From contig RDEW01000035.1 of assembly GCA_011109175.1 (NCBI GenBank), positions 572,902 to 636,901 of the forward strand: a stretch of DNA of 64,000 nt. The letters are read 5' to 3'. The notes below the pieces were generated by a model. That model was not told the origin of the DNA. It searched no databases and saw only the letters and a list, made by a program, of their open reading frames with translations. Of this stretch, positions 24,279 to 37,299 are shown piece by piece (position 1 is the stretch's first letter; each line of letters starts with the position of its first letter). The position numbers were made by a program, and so were the translations under genes. This stretch comes from Dicyema japonicum. Taxonomy: Eukaryota > Animalia > Dicyemida.

Positions 24279-24561
24279 TTTTTGTTTATAAATATGATCT
24301 TTCGGGTTAACCTTACGTAACGCGTGTGATTAATTTATTGGTATTTGTGGGGGTTTGTTAGTCTAAGTTGTGGTGACAGGGATAATTTTAATAAAAAGTA
24401 CTGATATCTCGGAAGTACGAAGAATGGGGAGTTAAGAAAGGCGGCTCTTTCAAAATATGGGGAACTAGTACTTGTCAATTCTAGTTAAGAGTATACTCAA
24501 ATTTTCTGCAATGGCAAACCCAAGATGGTTAGGATAAAATTAATTATTCGTGATTACTGCG

Positions 24562-24870
24562 TAGCCGGGTGGCATAGTGGTTAGGTGTCGGGCAAAGTGA
24601 CTTAGGTTACGGATTCGATTCTCGCTGCTGTTCACCTGGTGAAAGGTTCCACGCATATACGATGCTAAAAAGGTTTGACGAGTGACTCCGTTTTCAGTGG
24701 ACTCTCACAGCGGAACTGGATAGTCAAAAATGACTCACACACAAGAAAGAAAATAGAAGTGAAGATCATTACTTGGTTTTACGATTAGTTAAAATTAACT
24801 TAAAGTGTGTGTCCTTCCTATGCGGAGCTATAAATATCATGAATCCGTGAAAAGGCTGTTATTATTATTA
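24562..24870 (+). mobile_element. tRNA-derived SINE family C, full-length
   Basis: A-box TGGCATAGTGG, B-box-like GATTCGATTC and a (TTA)n tail; other copies at 26163 and 47540. Confidence 0.8.
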
Positions 24871-25209
24871 CTGCGTAGTGATCCAATGTGAAGTGACAAA
24901 TTCAAAGGACAACGGTAAAGCCAAACTAGCTACTCACGGGATCCTGACACGATTCAGTAGTGACCACATCTTGGTTCGACGTTCATCACTCAAGCCCACG
25001 TAAATACATATAGAGCGTAAAACTGGATGCTCATAGTTGCCCGGGTACGCTCCTCCGTTCGATGCCCATCCCAGAGACATCTGAAAGGAGTCCTTTCCAA
25101 AGTTCATCTCTCCGTAACTTTGAATGCCCTTTTCTGGCTAAGATTAAATTAATTAAATTTTACTCCAAGATCACTGTTAGGCGAAAAAAACAAACTGATC
25201 TCGACAAAT

Positions 25210-26150
25210 TAGATCCAAACTCTCAGCTTGGCTCGATGGTCCTCCCTTGAACCTACATAAACACTAATTAAGTTCTCCCTGCTTACATTAATTACTAGAT
25301 CCTCCTTGCGTGGTTTTACAATTTCCCAACTGTAGAATGGTAGACCCTCCACGAATATCTAAAAAGGAACTCGATTGGGGTGTTCTTTTGTTAAGACCGA
25401 TCGATGTTCCCCTGCTTGAGCAGTCACATCTCCCAATTGGTTTCCTGGTTTTTTGGAGAATTTAGAAATCCGTGGCAATGGTTCCACGTGGACTCTATGA
25501 AGGAGAATGAGAAGGGGGATTGTAATAGTGTAGGATGCAAACGTGTGGCTCTTCGCCTGATTGAATTTAGTCTATTGAGTTTGGAAAAGGATATCGCAAA
25601 TCTCCACGAGGGACATGGATATTCAATTCTTGGAACGGTGACATAACTATAAATCTGGATATGGAGTCCACAGGGGGAAGAGGCTATTCTTATTATTTGC
25701 CTTGAATGCAATCAACTTCCAAACTCCTTTGGTAAGACTTGATCAGCGTGATGAGAGAAAGTCATTAGAAAATCGTAGGTAACTCGATAATACTATGTCG
25801 CGAGCGCTAAGAGAGTGATCCATCATTGTCAATCATCGTCAAAAATAAAAATAATCTATTACATCAAAGTTAAGTGCAAGATTAACGAGCACTAGCACTA
25901 TCTTCGACTTTGACAAAATTATTAGACAATTTCTCGACAATAGTTACTGGATCCCCATACGGATGTTCAAATTTTTTTAATCGAAGAAAAGGATTCGTCC
26001 CATAATTTTTTTTGAGTACGAAGCTTTAAATAATCAAAAATAGAATACAAGATCTCCAACATCTAACTCATATTTTGATCAATGCACTCCCATCTTCCTA
26101 TTGATTCTTCTATAATATGAAGACTGCAAATTCACCCTCTCAAAGTAAAA
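25210..26150 (-). mobile_element. CR1-like LINE RT/3' fragment
   Basis: PRIEYPCPSW..LNSIRRRATRL; 3' end shared with 6490. Confidence 0.65.
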
Positions 26151-26162
26151 CTGGTACTCATC

Positions 26163-26385
26163 ATAATAATAATAACAGCCTTTTTCACGGAGCCGTGGTA
26201 TTAGCTCCGCATAGGCAGGACACACACTTTATTTAAGTAAAGAACAGTTAATTTTAACTAATCGTAGAACCAAGGAATGATCTTCACTTCTTTTTTCTTT
26301 TTCTTGTGTGAGTGTCCTTTCTAGACAATCCGGTTCCGCAGTGAGTATCCACTGATGACGGCGTCACTCGTCAAACCCTTTCCTA
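26163..26385 (-). mobile_element. SINE family C, 5'-truncated
   Basis: Reverse-complement match to 24670-24870. Confidence 0.8.
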
Positions 26386-27114
26386 CTTATCATCTTACTA
26401 ATAAATAACAATAAAAAACGTCGGAATTTTCTACAATTTCCAATTCTTCCATATTAAAACTTTTTGGATTTTCCTGAACATCTGATTCCACAAATACCAC
26501 GATACTCTTTGGAATCGGTCAGAGACAACTCGCCTAGAAATAACATGTAATAAATATATTTTTCCACACTTTAGAAGCAAAGTATAGGAATTTTCCCCCT
26601 ACCCGTTAGGGGGCAAACTCTGGAACGTGCGTACATACGACCACATACCTGTTAAGGAGCGAATTCCGGAACATGGGAGCATACGACGATAATATTAAAT
26701 TCCTGCTTATTCCTCCTAAAATTTTTATTGAAATTAAATAAAAACTTTTCTATACTTCCGAGTTGCTGATACATTCAGGTCTTGTTTTTCTTCAGTAGTT
26801 TTTATGGTAACTTTATTAGACATCAGGACATCTTGATGTGGGTTAGTTTTTTGATTTTATTCAGTCCTTTTCCTGCGGTTAGTGTTGGAGTCCTGGATTA
26901 ATCTCCACAACAAGAAAGGTTTTATCTCGTATCTAGGGAAGGCGTCCAGATATAGTTTGATGTCCGGCCCGAGGGAATGGTCAAGGACATTGCCATTTAG
27001 ATGAAGTCCCGGTGGCGTTTTGTAAGGTATTCCATGATGGGAGACGTTTAGTTTTTTCCTTAGTAACGAAGTTGATGTCTTTTGAACGGCAACGTTCGGT
27101 AACAAGTGAGATAT

Positions 27115-27445
27115 TATTATTTATTTTTTATTTTATTAACCCGGGATACACCGAGAAAGAAGTTAAAGTAACCAACTAATTAAGTGTATCCAGTTTCCAC
27201 TTCTACAGAAACAGAGTCCATCCGGAATCAGCATGAGAGGTAAGACGTCATACATGCAGTTGTGGAAACCCCTCCAGTGGAGTGGGGGAGAGCAAATGAT
27301 TCTTTTTTTTGCCGGCCTGACACTGAGCGCCACCTAGACAGGTGGATCACATGACGCCACTCTAATAGGAACAGAGAGGAAACAGACAAGCAAGCAGAAA
27401 ACTTCAACCAATTAACCACGCAGCACCACATGTCCACGCGGCGTG
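27115..27445 (-). mobile_element. SINE-like family A copy
   Basis: Reverse-complement match to 1293-1612. Confidence 0.85.
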
Positions 27446-28389
27446 AGATATTATAATTGTCATACTGTATTATTCCTGGCATCGAATATCGTTGATTCAA
27501 TTATATAGTTAATATTATATTAAAATTTAAATATTAGTAAATATTTAATGTTTTACCCAAAGTCGCATTTGTGGTCACGAAAAAAGAACAATGGAATCGA
27601 CAGGTTTAAATACTTGGAAATGCTAATTACTGAGCTAACCACTACAAATTCAAAGCGTATGTCCATTATTTATTACAGAGGCCCGTTCCCAAGTCATTGC
27701 CAACTTAGCGAATTTTTCGTATGACCCCCTAAACTTCAATTACCTGTCAAAGTTGAACATTGTGGATATATTTTTTGGTATTTTTCATTTTCTAAGTTTT
27801 ATACGTTATCTCCACAAACAATAACCTTCAAGAGGTTGAGTTGGCCTCTGCAGGGATACTGAATTTGATAGCAGGTTACTTTTCTTACGTAGGCTAGATT
27901 CTACTTTTGCCGACGCTGTCTCTACCAAAGTGCACGTGCTTGTTGATTTGCTGTGCAGGTGTTGTTGATGTGACGTAATAGTAGTGAGTCTGACCTCATT
28001 CTGTCTCAAGTTATGACGTCATTGATATATTTGGGGGAGTCCGACCATCGTGGAGGTTGGTCTGTGGTAATGGTTGATAGAGATTTTGGTACCACGTGTC
28101 ATTGGAAGATTCAAAGAGTTGGTAGATCACTCTAATGTTGTAATCAGAAACGTGGCTCAAATATTTTTGCAGGATTATTGTGGGGTTGTCTGAGTTGTGT
28201 ATTTTTGCACGTGGGTTAATCATATCTGTTGTGAGTTTTTGGAGTGACTGGATCATAGTCGGTATTTTGGCTCAGCGATGTTAATAATCGTTAGGGCGAT
28301 TTTTGTTAATAAAGTCAAAAATTCATTCTTTAAAAATTGTTTGAAACCTCCAAAAAGGTAAAAGTAAAAAATGTTCTATCAACAGAAAT

Positions 28390-28650
28390 CTTATTGCAAC
28401 TCATGCGGCATACTTTTTTTATTGTCCTTCCTCCGTTAACTAGTGATGTTCCCATTACTTAAACCTCCGTTTAGACAGGACACACAGTTTATTTAAAAGG
28501 ACGTCAGTTATGCTAAATAACCGAGGAATGAGGCCAAGATCGAGTACGCTCTTAATTTTTTTCTTTTTCCGTTGCATGCGAGTCCCTGAGACAATCCGGT
28601 TTCACAGTGATGAATTACTGATGACGGCGCCACACGCCAATCTATACTTG
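28390..28650 (-). mobile_element. SINE related to family C
   Basis: GAGTCCCTGAGACAATCCGG..CTGATGACGGCG; counterpart at 62250-62450. Confidence 0.6.
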
Positions 28651-30829
28651 TAGTTGCTAAAAACAGTTTCTTATTGAATAGTACCCTTCGTCTAAAACAT
28701 CTAAAAAACGGATTTATTATATTTATTGTCATTCCACACGACTTAATACTGCAAAAATTGGACATAAACATGCCAACACACTTATCGGAGAAATCTGATA
28801 CTAATAAAATATTTTTAATATCTTTTCCCCATTATACGGTTAACTAGTCGACTATCTGTTATTGAGATGTGTTAAGGGATTTTGCGATCGCATAAATTTT
28901 TTATTATTGACATTAGAGTCAGCCAGATACACGGCACGGGTATTGAACGTTCATTCTTTCAGCCTATATCTGCGAGATATATGGAGTTCTTAACCTCAAC
29001 ACGATTGAGTTAGCTTGACCAGTTTGTAATAATTTGAAGGAATTGTCGGGGGTAACACAATCTACTCATTTATGTTGATGGAATTATTAACAGTGGTTCT
29101 AGGTATATTCACTCCGGTAAATCAATCAAATTGCTTTATTTAGCAAAAAATAACCAACAAACTAAAGTTAGACATCCATCTATTCCACGAGTCCATTTAT
29201 AGGACTAACAACTTCCTGTATGTCGAACAGCCCTCGGACTACTGAACCTACGTTACCATTGTTTTCTCTATTGAATTCATTCGTAGTTAAGTTAGAAGGT
29301 AATGTTCCATTATGATCAGTAGAAACAAGCGTGTTCACCAACACAGGAAATTAAAATATCAGTTCTCTTTATATTCTCCTATTTTGCATCAGGTCACACA
29401 GAAATTTGGACGATTTATTATTTAAATTATTTAAAATAAATTTATTTTCTAAATTAACATAATTAAAAAAATCCGTATTCGAAAATCGCCCCCAAAAGAA
29501 ATGATCGAACAACATTGGTCACAACAAAAGGCACAATGCAGTCTGAGACGAAAGGAGAACATATTCCCATCCTTTCATTGACTAGTACCCCCAATGAATT
29601 AATATATATTTCCCCTGTGAGTCTACAGTATTTTTATGAAAATTAAACTTTTAAGAGAAAAAGAGAGCCAATTTAAGACAAATAGAAAATTCTTATAAAA
29701 CACTCAGACAACAATAAATGAGGAGAAATCACCGCAGAATACGTCGACCACATTCCCAGGGGTAGAAATCTCCGTTAAAGTCGATACAGAATCACCCCAA
29801 TCCCTAACTGTCCCCACTCATTCGATCCACAACAGTATACTCGACCACTTTCTAACATTATCCCTACTTAGACCTGATAAAACCAACGTATGTCGTCCTC
29901 CACACAAAGCACGTGCTATATTCTCGTCCCCATTCACGTCCACCAAGACTGGGTACGGCATACAGAATCATTAACTCCTAACTGTCCGTCTAAGTTCCAC
30001 CCCCAGCATATAGGTCCCCAATCTCTACAAATAATTCCAAAATAAACCTGAAACCACAGAATTGTGCCATTTTCCGCATGAAATACTCCTAATTTTCAAA
30101 CTGTGAAGAATTCGACTTCCCGAGACTGTATGAGTCGTTCCTTACATCAAAGCAGTCGCCATGTCCAGCTGCCCCTTACTAGACTTACCCCATCAAGAAC
30201 CTCCCACATCCGTAGCTGTACAGCGTCCCATTCACCGTCCTCATCAACAAATGCTGAGTTCCTGTGGAAATCTGATCCACTCTCTGGTCAAGGTTAACCC
30301 ATTCGATCTCGTCTCTAAATACCCCGACCTTTCCGTCATCTATAAGTGAGAGAACGAGTCAACTAGTGAGGAAGTAAACGTCCTCCGCAGTACAAGCGAG
30401 ATCATAAACTCCTTGGAAGATTAATACGTGGTTTCCTGTCAAATCAACCTTAAAGAGTTCGTCTTCCAGTTTATATAAAACAAGTCCCCTACTCGGAGAC
30501 TGAATTTCTACAACAAATCGAGCAGACTTACTTTTGAGTGAATGGAGGACAAATATTGTTTGATATATCCGAAGTATTCAGTGTGGCAGTCTGAACACAT
30601 CAAACATTAAGCAAACCGTGAATGATAGACATGGAAGACCACGTGCTACTTACTCCTGCGAAATCTGTGAATCGTCCATATTCCGTGAACTGTTTGGAGT
30701 ACCCTTTGTTTATCGTCGCGTAATAAGCAAGTCCACTGAACAACAAAGTATGCTCCATTAATATTTAATTGTTTAAAACTTTCTTTATAACAAAGTATAA
30801 TTTTAATTAAAGTAATTATTTTTAAAATA

Positions 30830-32240
30830 AAGTAAACCCTCATTAATCTGAACTAAAAAAATTTTTATGCCTTTCGGATTGTGAAGAGATAAATATATTA
30901 ATTTCATAGTAGTTAATATTTATGTTTTCATATAAATGACGATTTCGTTCGCGTCGAGCACTTCTGTTTGAGTTATTCTTATCATTAGCAAGTTCAGTTT
31001 CTGCATTATATCTTCATTAGCAAATTAATCAAGACATTTAATTGTCTCAGTCTTTTTAAAACAATGGTCTTTTAGTGTTGAGAATCCATAATGATGGCCT
31101 TCCGTAAGTTCACATGAAATTCTTTTTTCCAAGTCAAGGGCTTCCATATAATCCAAAATGAGCCTTTTTCTATAATAATGCTTAAAGTTCTTTATTATGC
31201 CTGCATCAATGGTTGAAAACGTGCAGTTGTGTTTTTTTGGAAGGAATAAATTTCAATTTTCAAAAAATTTTGTTAAAACGTAGAGCATTATAAATTATAA
31301 AAAGAACTTTTTCTGTAACATTTTAATTCATCACTATGATGACTGATAAAAACATTAAAAATTATGTTGTCATTCAAACCCTTTTTGCATATACAATAAT
31401 TTTCAAAGTCAAAATCTTTGAAAAATCTTGGTCTTTATTATGGCCAATAAAAAAGGTTAATTTTTTTGTTCTAGTTTCATTGGCACAAAGAGCTATAGTG
31501 ATCCTCACTTTTGATTGCTTTATGGTTTTTCTATCTTTGATGAAATTGTTCTAGAAAAGTAAGATTGAAAAAGAGTCTAGTTTCATCCATGTGAGCAATG
31601 CTTCAGGGTCAACTTCTTTAACTAATCATATTGTGTCAAATTAATTTCATCTTGTAGGTTTCTCCACCAAGAGCTTTTAGTTTTAAATCTTCGTTTAAAT
31701 TTGTGCAGCCTTACTAAATTCAAGAACATTGATCCAAGCTTTTCACCAAATACTTTAGCTTGTGAAATGATGATATCTTCAGTAACAAAACCATTAATTT
31801 CATTATTCACAAGTGAATTATCAAGTTGATGTTTCACCACTGTCTTGATTTGTTAATCGTAGTTTCACGGTTTTCCAATTTTCACGTTTTTTAAATTTCT
31901 GAAAGTGTAGAAATTCCCAAAAGGGTTCATTTTTATTTCAAAATGTGGATAATTCTCTGAAAGTCATTTTTGATTTATTTTTATTTCACAAATATTACTT
32001 TTCCACGCAATAGAAACTTCTGTCCTCTTTCTAACCATGTGTACTGTTAGATTTTAAACTTAAATGTAAATTCATTTGAATGTATGATTAACAAAAATAA
32101 ATTAATCCAAAATTTTTTAATAAATGTATTTGCGGATTATGAAGTTTCGATTTATTGAAGCTTGTTTGTAAGGAAACTTTGTAAAATTTTGCTAACTCAT
32201 CAAAAATTAAAACTATTAAAGTTTTCGGATTATTGTATAT
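30830..32240 (-). mobile_element. Degenerate pogo/Tigger element; paralogous copy at 62478-63800
   Basis: CENP-B-like HTH region (EDIIISQAKVFGEKL..KFKRRF) and KQSKVRITIALCAN; terminus AGTAAACCCTCATTAAT. Confidence 0.8.
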
Positions 32241-32339
32241 GCTTTAAAATATTAGGGGATGAATAGACAGTGGATAGTATGGATATTTATTATTATTAAT
32301 AGTACTTTCGAAGAACCAAAAATGTATTTATTTAATTAA

Positions 32340-33360
32340 AATTCAGCTTGTGCCGTATTTTTCTTCAGGTTATTCTTTCTCCCACAGTTCTCTTGACCAA
32401 CTTCCTCCATGCTCCGCGGTTACAGGCAGTTAATCTGAGCGTATCCAGATCATCTCCAGTTTTCAGCTTTCGTCCTACATTGGTCAGTCTTGTGTAGAAC
32501 CTCTGGCAAAGTTATGCGAGTCTTCCACGGAACGAGGTATTCACTCTGGGCAGAAATAGTTCTCCTTGCTATTTAGCAGGCGTCATCTGGCTCATTCGAA
32601 GGATGTGACCAAACAGACGCCAATCTTGATCAAGGATATCCAGACTCAATGGTCTTGTATTACATACTTTGTATAGATTCTTGTTTGTAATTTTTTTGGC
32701 CAGTTGATGCAAGCAACAGTCGAGTTGGTTTACGATGGAAGGCTCTAGTTTGTCCATTACCGCTTCCGAGACACCCAGGTTGCAGCGTTGTACATTAGGA
32801 CTGGTTTTCATGAAGGCATTATATAGTCTCACACGTAATTGTGTGCTAATTTGTTTACGATTATTCCACACTACTCCCATTTTTCTAAAGGCCGCGACGG
32901 CCAACATCTTCCTGTTAGTGATATCCTCAGCGTCTCCGAGCAACGACCCAATTTTTACAGTATCTCCATTTTTCATCAGTTCGGGTTAGTTCACGGCGTA
33001 TGGTAGTTGTTCTCCGTCTTTTCCGTATTGATTTTGATGAACCATTTTTCTAGGAATCTGACATCCTTGTCCGTATATAGTTTAATGTTTTCTCGTCGCT
33101 GGATTATAGTTCGATATCATCTGCATAAATCATTCAGTTTGAAGTAGATCGCGATTAATAGTCTGAAGTCTCTGAGTGCGCCTCCAGATATGTCACAAAA
33201 AGTACGGTGACAAGGAATCTCCCTGCGGTACCCCGAACGTTGTCTCGAATGGGACAGACTCCAATTTTTTTAAAACGTACACTTAGCGCTTTCCAAGTAA
33301 TAGACGGATCATTCTGACACTGTCCTCGTCAACCAACTTCTCCAGATATCCAAAAGTCTC
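32340..33360 (-). mobile_element. RTE-X-like LINE RT fragment
   Basis: GVPQGD, ADDI, IGSLLGDAEDI, RVRLYNAF and WRLFGHILRM. Confidence 0.85.
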
Positions 33361-33931
33361 CCTCTGTGTATATATTATGGATATATATAATCATTTAATG
33401 ACAGGTTAAGGAGACGTGGTAATTCTCGAATGATATGAGGAATTAAATATTTTTTAAGTTAGTTAAGTAACCTCGGCCTCATTAACTGTAGAGGCCAGCA
33501 GCTATTAAATAGGACGCAGCAAATGCCGGTCGCTCCCATAGATCGGTCAGTCCCAGAACGAACGTTGTGCTAATTCATGATATTCAAATATGTGATTTAT
33601 TGTCTACTTGTAGAGTTACAAAAGGGACAGAGGATATTGTACGTCGATAGAGAGGAATGGTCCCCACATCGCAGACGAGCCAGGTTTATCCAGATGTCCC
33701 TCGGAAGAGAGGATTCTGCTTGATCTATTGGAAGAGGGGGTCAGTGTAGTATTTTATTATCATCGAGTCTTAGGATACTTCTCGTAGAAACAAAATCGTG
33801 TATCCGTTTCAGACGACTCCAGTCATTGGGGCTGGAAGGGAAGGATGATAGCATTCGAGACAAGTCATTGGTTGTCATAATTTTTATTTTGTTTTGAGGT
33901 TTGCGTAGAGAGTGACATGGATGGTCTGGAC

Positions 33932-34455
33932 CAGGGGTTCGAAACCTATTTCAGCAAAATGGACCACTTTCTTTGTTAAAAATTCCCATGGACCACTTCT
34001 TATACTTGAGGTTTAAAAATTAATTTTTTTTACATTTTTGTATTTATTTAATTAATTTAATTAAATTATTTTAATATTTTATGAACATATTCAAATATTT
34101 CCTACTTACTTATTTTTCCGCGGTATATTTAGTACAGAGTTTTTAAAGACTACCTTTTTAAATTGTAAGAATGTCGGAACCAACTTCGAAAAGGACAAAC
34201 ATTAGGAATTACCATAAAGATTTTATTCTGTTTGGCTTTGTATCTGTAGACTCAAAACCTACTTGGCTTGAATGTTCTGCCATTTTGACAAACGATTCCA
34301 TGAAGAGTCAAACTGGAGCAGAACCACAAGTCAAAGCATCCATCGTCTGTTGGTAAAGATATGGAATTTTTTGAGAATAAAAAGAGAAGGCAGCCAGTAA
34401 AACTATTTGACTTTGTAAATAAAATGAAAACTACAAATGCAATAAACGCTCAAAT
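33932..34455 (+). mobile_element. hAT element 5' end (TIR plus BED-finger remnant)
   Basis: Starts CAGGGGTTCGAAACC; RNYHKDFILFGF..KPTWLECSAILTNDSMK. Confidence 0.7.
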
Positions 34456-35710
34456 TTATTTGGTCCCCGACGCAAGTTCTTCTTCCTCTTTTAATGATAG
34501 CTCGTTTCCAGTTATTTCGTAATCAGAAAAAGGATTCCTCACCCAATCAGAGTTCAACTGATGTGGGTGGAAAATAATTATTCGTACATGTAAATAGTGA
34601 CTCCAAATGGTCAACAATTTGTGGAACAATTTCTTTAAAATTTCTTTTTTGCACATGAGGGAACATTCCCAAGTTTCCAAACGTGATATGTTGTTTCATA
34701 TTTGTAGTTTTTTTCAGAAAAGCAGCTATTTTGTCCGCGCAACTCAATAGATTTTCATTTTTCCTTAAATGCTGATATTGAGAACATTGAGTTCATTAAA
34801 AATATCGGCGAGGTATGCTAGTTTGCAGCACAACGTTCATAATTGAGGCATTCAATAAAGTCATCCAACTTCTCTTGCATACAAAAAGCCAACAATTCGT
34901 GTCTGTTCATAAAAACAAATTAACATGTTTTTCTTTGACAGCCTTACTTGAGTATGCGACCAATGCCTCGCAATGAAGAAAACAGTGTGTGAATAATGTT
35001 CGGATTCTTATTTTTCGCAATAGAAACAAAGCCTTTAAATTGCCCAGTCATTGCCGGAGCACCATCAGTGCAGATACCCACACATGCATTACAATCAAAT
35101 TTTATATCCTCAAAATATGAATTTATAAGATTGAAAATGTCATATCCCTTTGTTGTTCCGAGTAACTCTTTGCAGCAAAAAAAATCTTCAACAATGGATT
35201 CATCGTTCATATATTGAACGAAAACAAGAAGTTACATTATTTCTGTAATATCTAAGCTTTCATCCAATTGAAGAGATTTTTTATTCGCCAAACCAAAGTG
35301 GCTTCAATTTAATCAGACATATCGTTGATGCGTCTGCTCACATAATTATTAGAAATAGGAATTAAGTCGAGCTCATCGGTTCTCCGAACATTATCTTCAC
35401 TACTTCTTTGCATGCAAGCAAAACAACAGTTTTGGCGAGAGTATGCGATTTCATATTTTTAGCGGCAATCTCAGCATCAACATAACTAACATGCAGTGCT
35501 TTTTCGTTTATTTTTAATTTTTTTTGTAAAACTGGATGCTTGAACTTTATTCTGATCCAATTTCTGCATAACATATTCCTTTTTTTCTTTGAAAGTTCAG
35601 GGTGCTTGGTGGAGAAATGACGTCTAAGTTTCGTTGGAACCTTATCACTATTCGCAAGTTTTTCACCGCAAACAACACAAAGTGGTAGAGGACAATCCAT
35701 AATTGGACAA
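34456..35710 (-). mobile_element. hAT/Buster transposase pseudogene
   Basis: PLCVVCGEKLANS..LRRHFSTKHP, VGICTDGAPAMTG, LAYLADIF and WVRNPF. Confidence 0.88.
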
Positions 35711-35711
35711 T

Positions 35712-37144
35712 CTTTGGGATTTTCAGTGTGTAGTTCCAAGTCTAAGTTAACAAATTCTTCTTCTGTCATTGGATTATCGACTAGTCTATTCATGAGGGGT
35801 ATGAACAGTAAAATGTTTTCAGGATTGTCGTTTATATCATATATTTTGACTGGAATGTCACAATTATTAGAGCAGAGGAGATAGTGTTTGATTTCACGTC
35901 CATCCAAGCTATGCTAATCCACCGGATAGCATCCAAGAGAGAAATTTTTTGCAAGTGGTGTCGCATTGGTTTCTGTGTCTATTTTGGCAAGAAGTTGAGT
36001 CATTAGTAGTCTTCTGTATCTTTCTTTAAATGACCGAATAATTCCTTGATCCAGAGGCTGAATGACACTCGTTGTGTCAGCTGGAAGAAATTTTAGTTCC
36101 ACGGTGGAATATTTTACGTTAGGTGAATGTGATGCTGCATTATCCAAAAACATAATAATTTTTCGTTTCTGGCGCATCATCTGCATGTTCACATCTTGCA
36201 ACCATTTTGAAAACAACTTCGATGTCATCCAGGTGTAAAGCATTACAGTAAGACGTTCCTTCGACTTCTTTGTTCCACTGTGATGATTACCTCTCACTGA
36301 TAGTGTTTTATCAGAAGGGCACGATAGAATAGTCCGGTTTCGTCACAGTTAAATATATCCTCTGGTCGATATCCCTCAATTAAAAAAGGTACACGTTCCA
36401 CCCAGTCAGAAACAACATCACTGTCAACATTTGCTTTTTCACCACTGATACAGTACGACTGGATTGAGTAACGGGACTTCCACCTGCATAACCAGCCAGT
36501 GGAAGCTTTAAAATCATTTTCGCCCAGTGCTTTAGCAAACACTGTAGCTTTTGCGATAATAATTTTTCCCGACAAACAAAAGTTTTTGGAACGTGCTACC
36601 ACTCCCAAGTGATTTTATTCAAATTTTCAAATGCAGTTTTTGTCAAAACGTTTTTTAGTAGAATTTGCGTTGTTATTGAATAATTCCAAATAAATATCAG
36701 CCTTTTTAAGTATGTCTGATACACTGCTGTATCCAACTCCATACTTCTTGCTGAGAAATTTTTTTGTTGGCTTAGGTGTTTGGTTCGATTCATTTATTAT
36801 TTGAATTTTCATCTTTAATGACGATTCGCAACGTAATCGTTTTCTTTGCTATCATTTTTTTAGTTTAAAAAATTTTAGTTTTTGATTTTCTGTCGGGTTC
36901 GCAATTCAAGGTTAAAGACGATTAACAAGAATAGATCAAAGATTGATGTCAGAAGGCCGGTTTATGATAAAAGAAAATTCAAGTTGGAACCACAAAATAC
37001 GGCCGGTATTCGGAATAGAGGAGATCCGGTATGTCGAGGATGAAATAGCAGTGATGGCCTATGAAGTGAATCGGGACCAGAAGTTTAGTCCGGTTTTACG
37101 GGAATTCCGGTATACCGAAAAGTCGGTTTAGAAAGGTCTGACTG
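35712..37144 (-). mobile_element. pogo/Tigger transposase element, 3'-truncated
   Basis: TIR TA|CAGTCAGACCTTTCTAAACCG; FKASTGWL, DIFNCDETGLFY, KKSKERLTV, FLDNAASH and QPLDQGIIRSFK. Confidence 0.9.
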
Positions 37145-37146
37145 TA

Positions 37147-37226
37147 ATTCGTTTGAAAAATTATTTTTTTGAAAAAAAATTAAAAAAAATTTTGGAACTT
37201 GTCGGAACCCAGGTTGGGAACCTCTG
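37147..37226 (-). mobile_element. hAT terminal inverted repeat and 5' flank
   Basis: Minus strand starts CAGAGGTTCCCAACCTGGGTTCCG. Confidence 0.65.
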
Positions 37227-37299
37227 CTCTATATCAATGAGCCCAATAAAATAAAAAAAATCGAATATTAACTCGACACTTCTTTTTTTCAAGACGTTG

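Noticed and set aside
24562-24635. tRNA gene; also considered at 4985-5030, 12960-13015 and 47760-47812
   Set aside because: A/B boxes are present but there is no full cloverleaf, and most are attached to repeated SINE bodies.
26352-26380. Hammerhead ribozyme (CTGATGA) in SINE C copies
   Set aside because: The required GAAA after stem II is missing (CGTCAAAC), the motif is antisense to the SINE, and it is altered in the 24562 copy.
27500-30800. Host gene or Helitron in this interval
   Set aside because: Only short ORFs without convincing motifs; probably old TE debris that I cannot classify.
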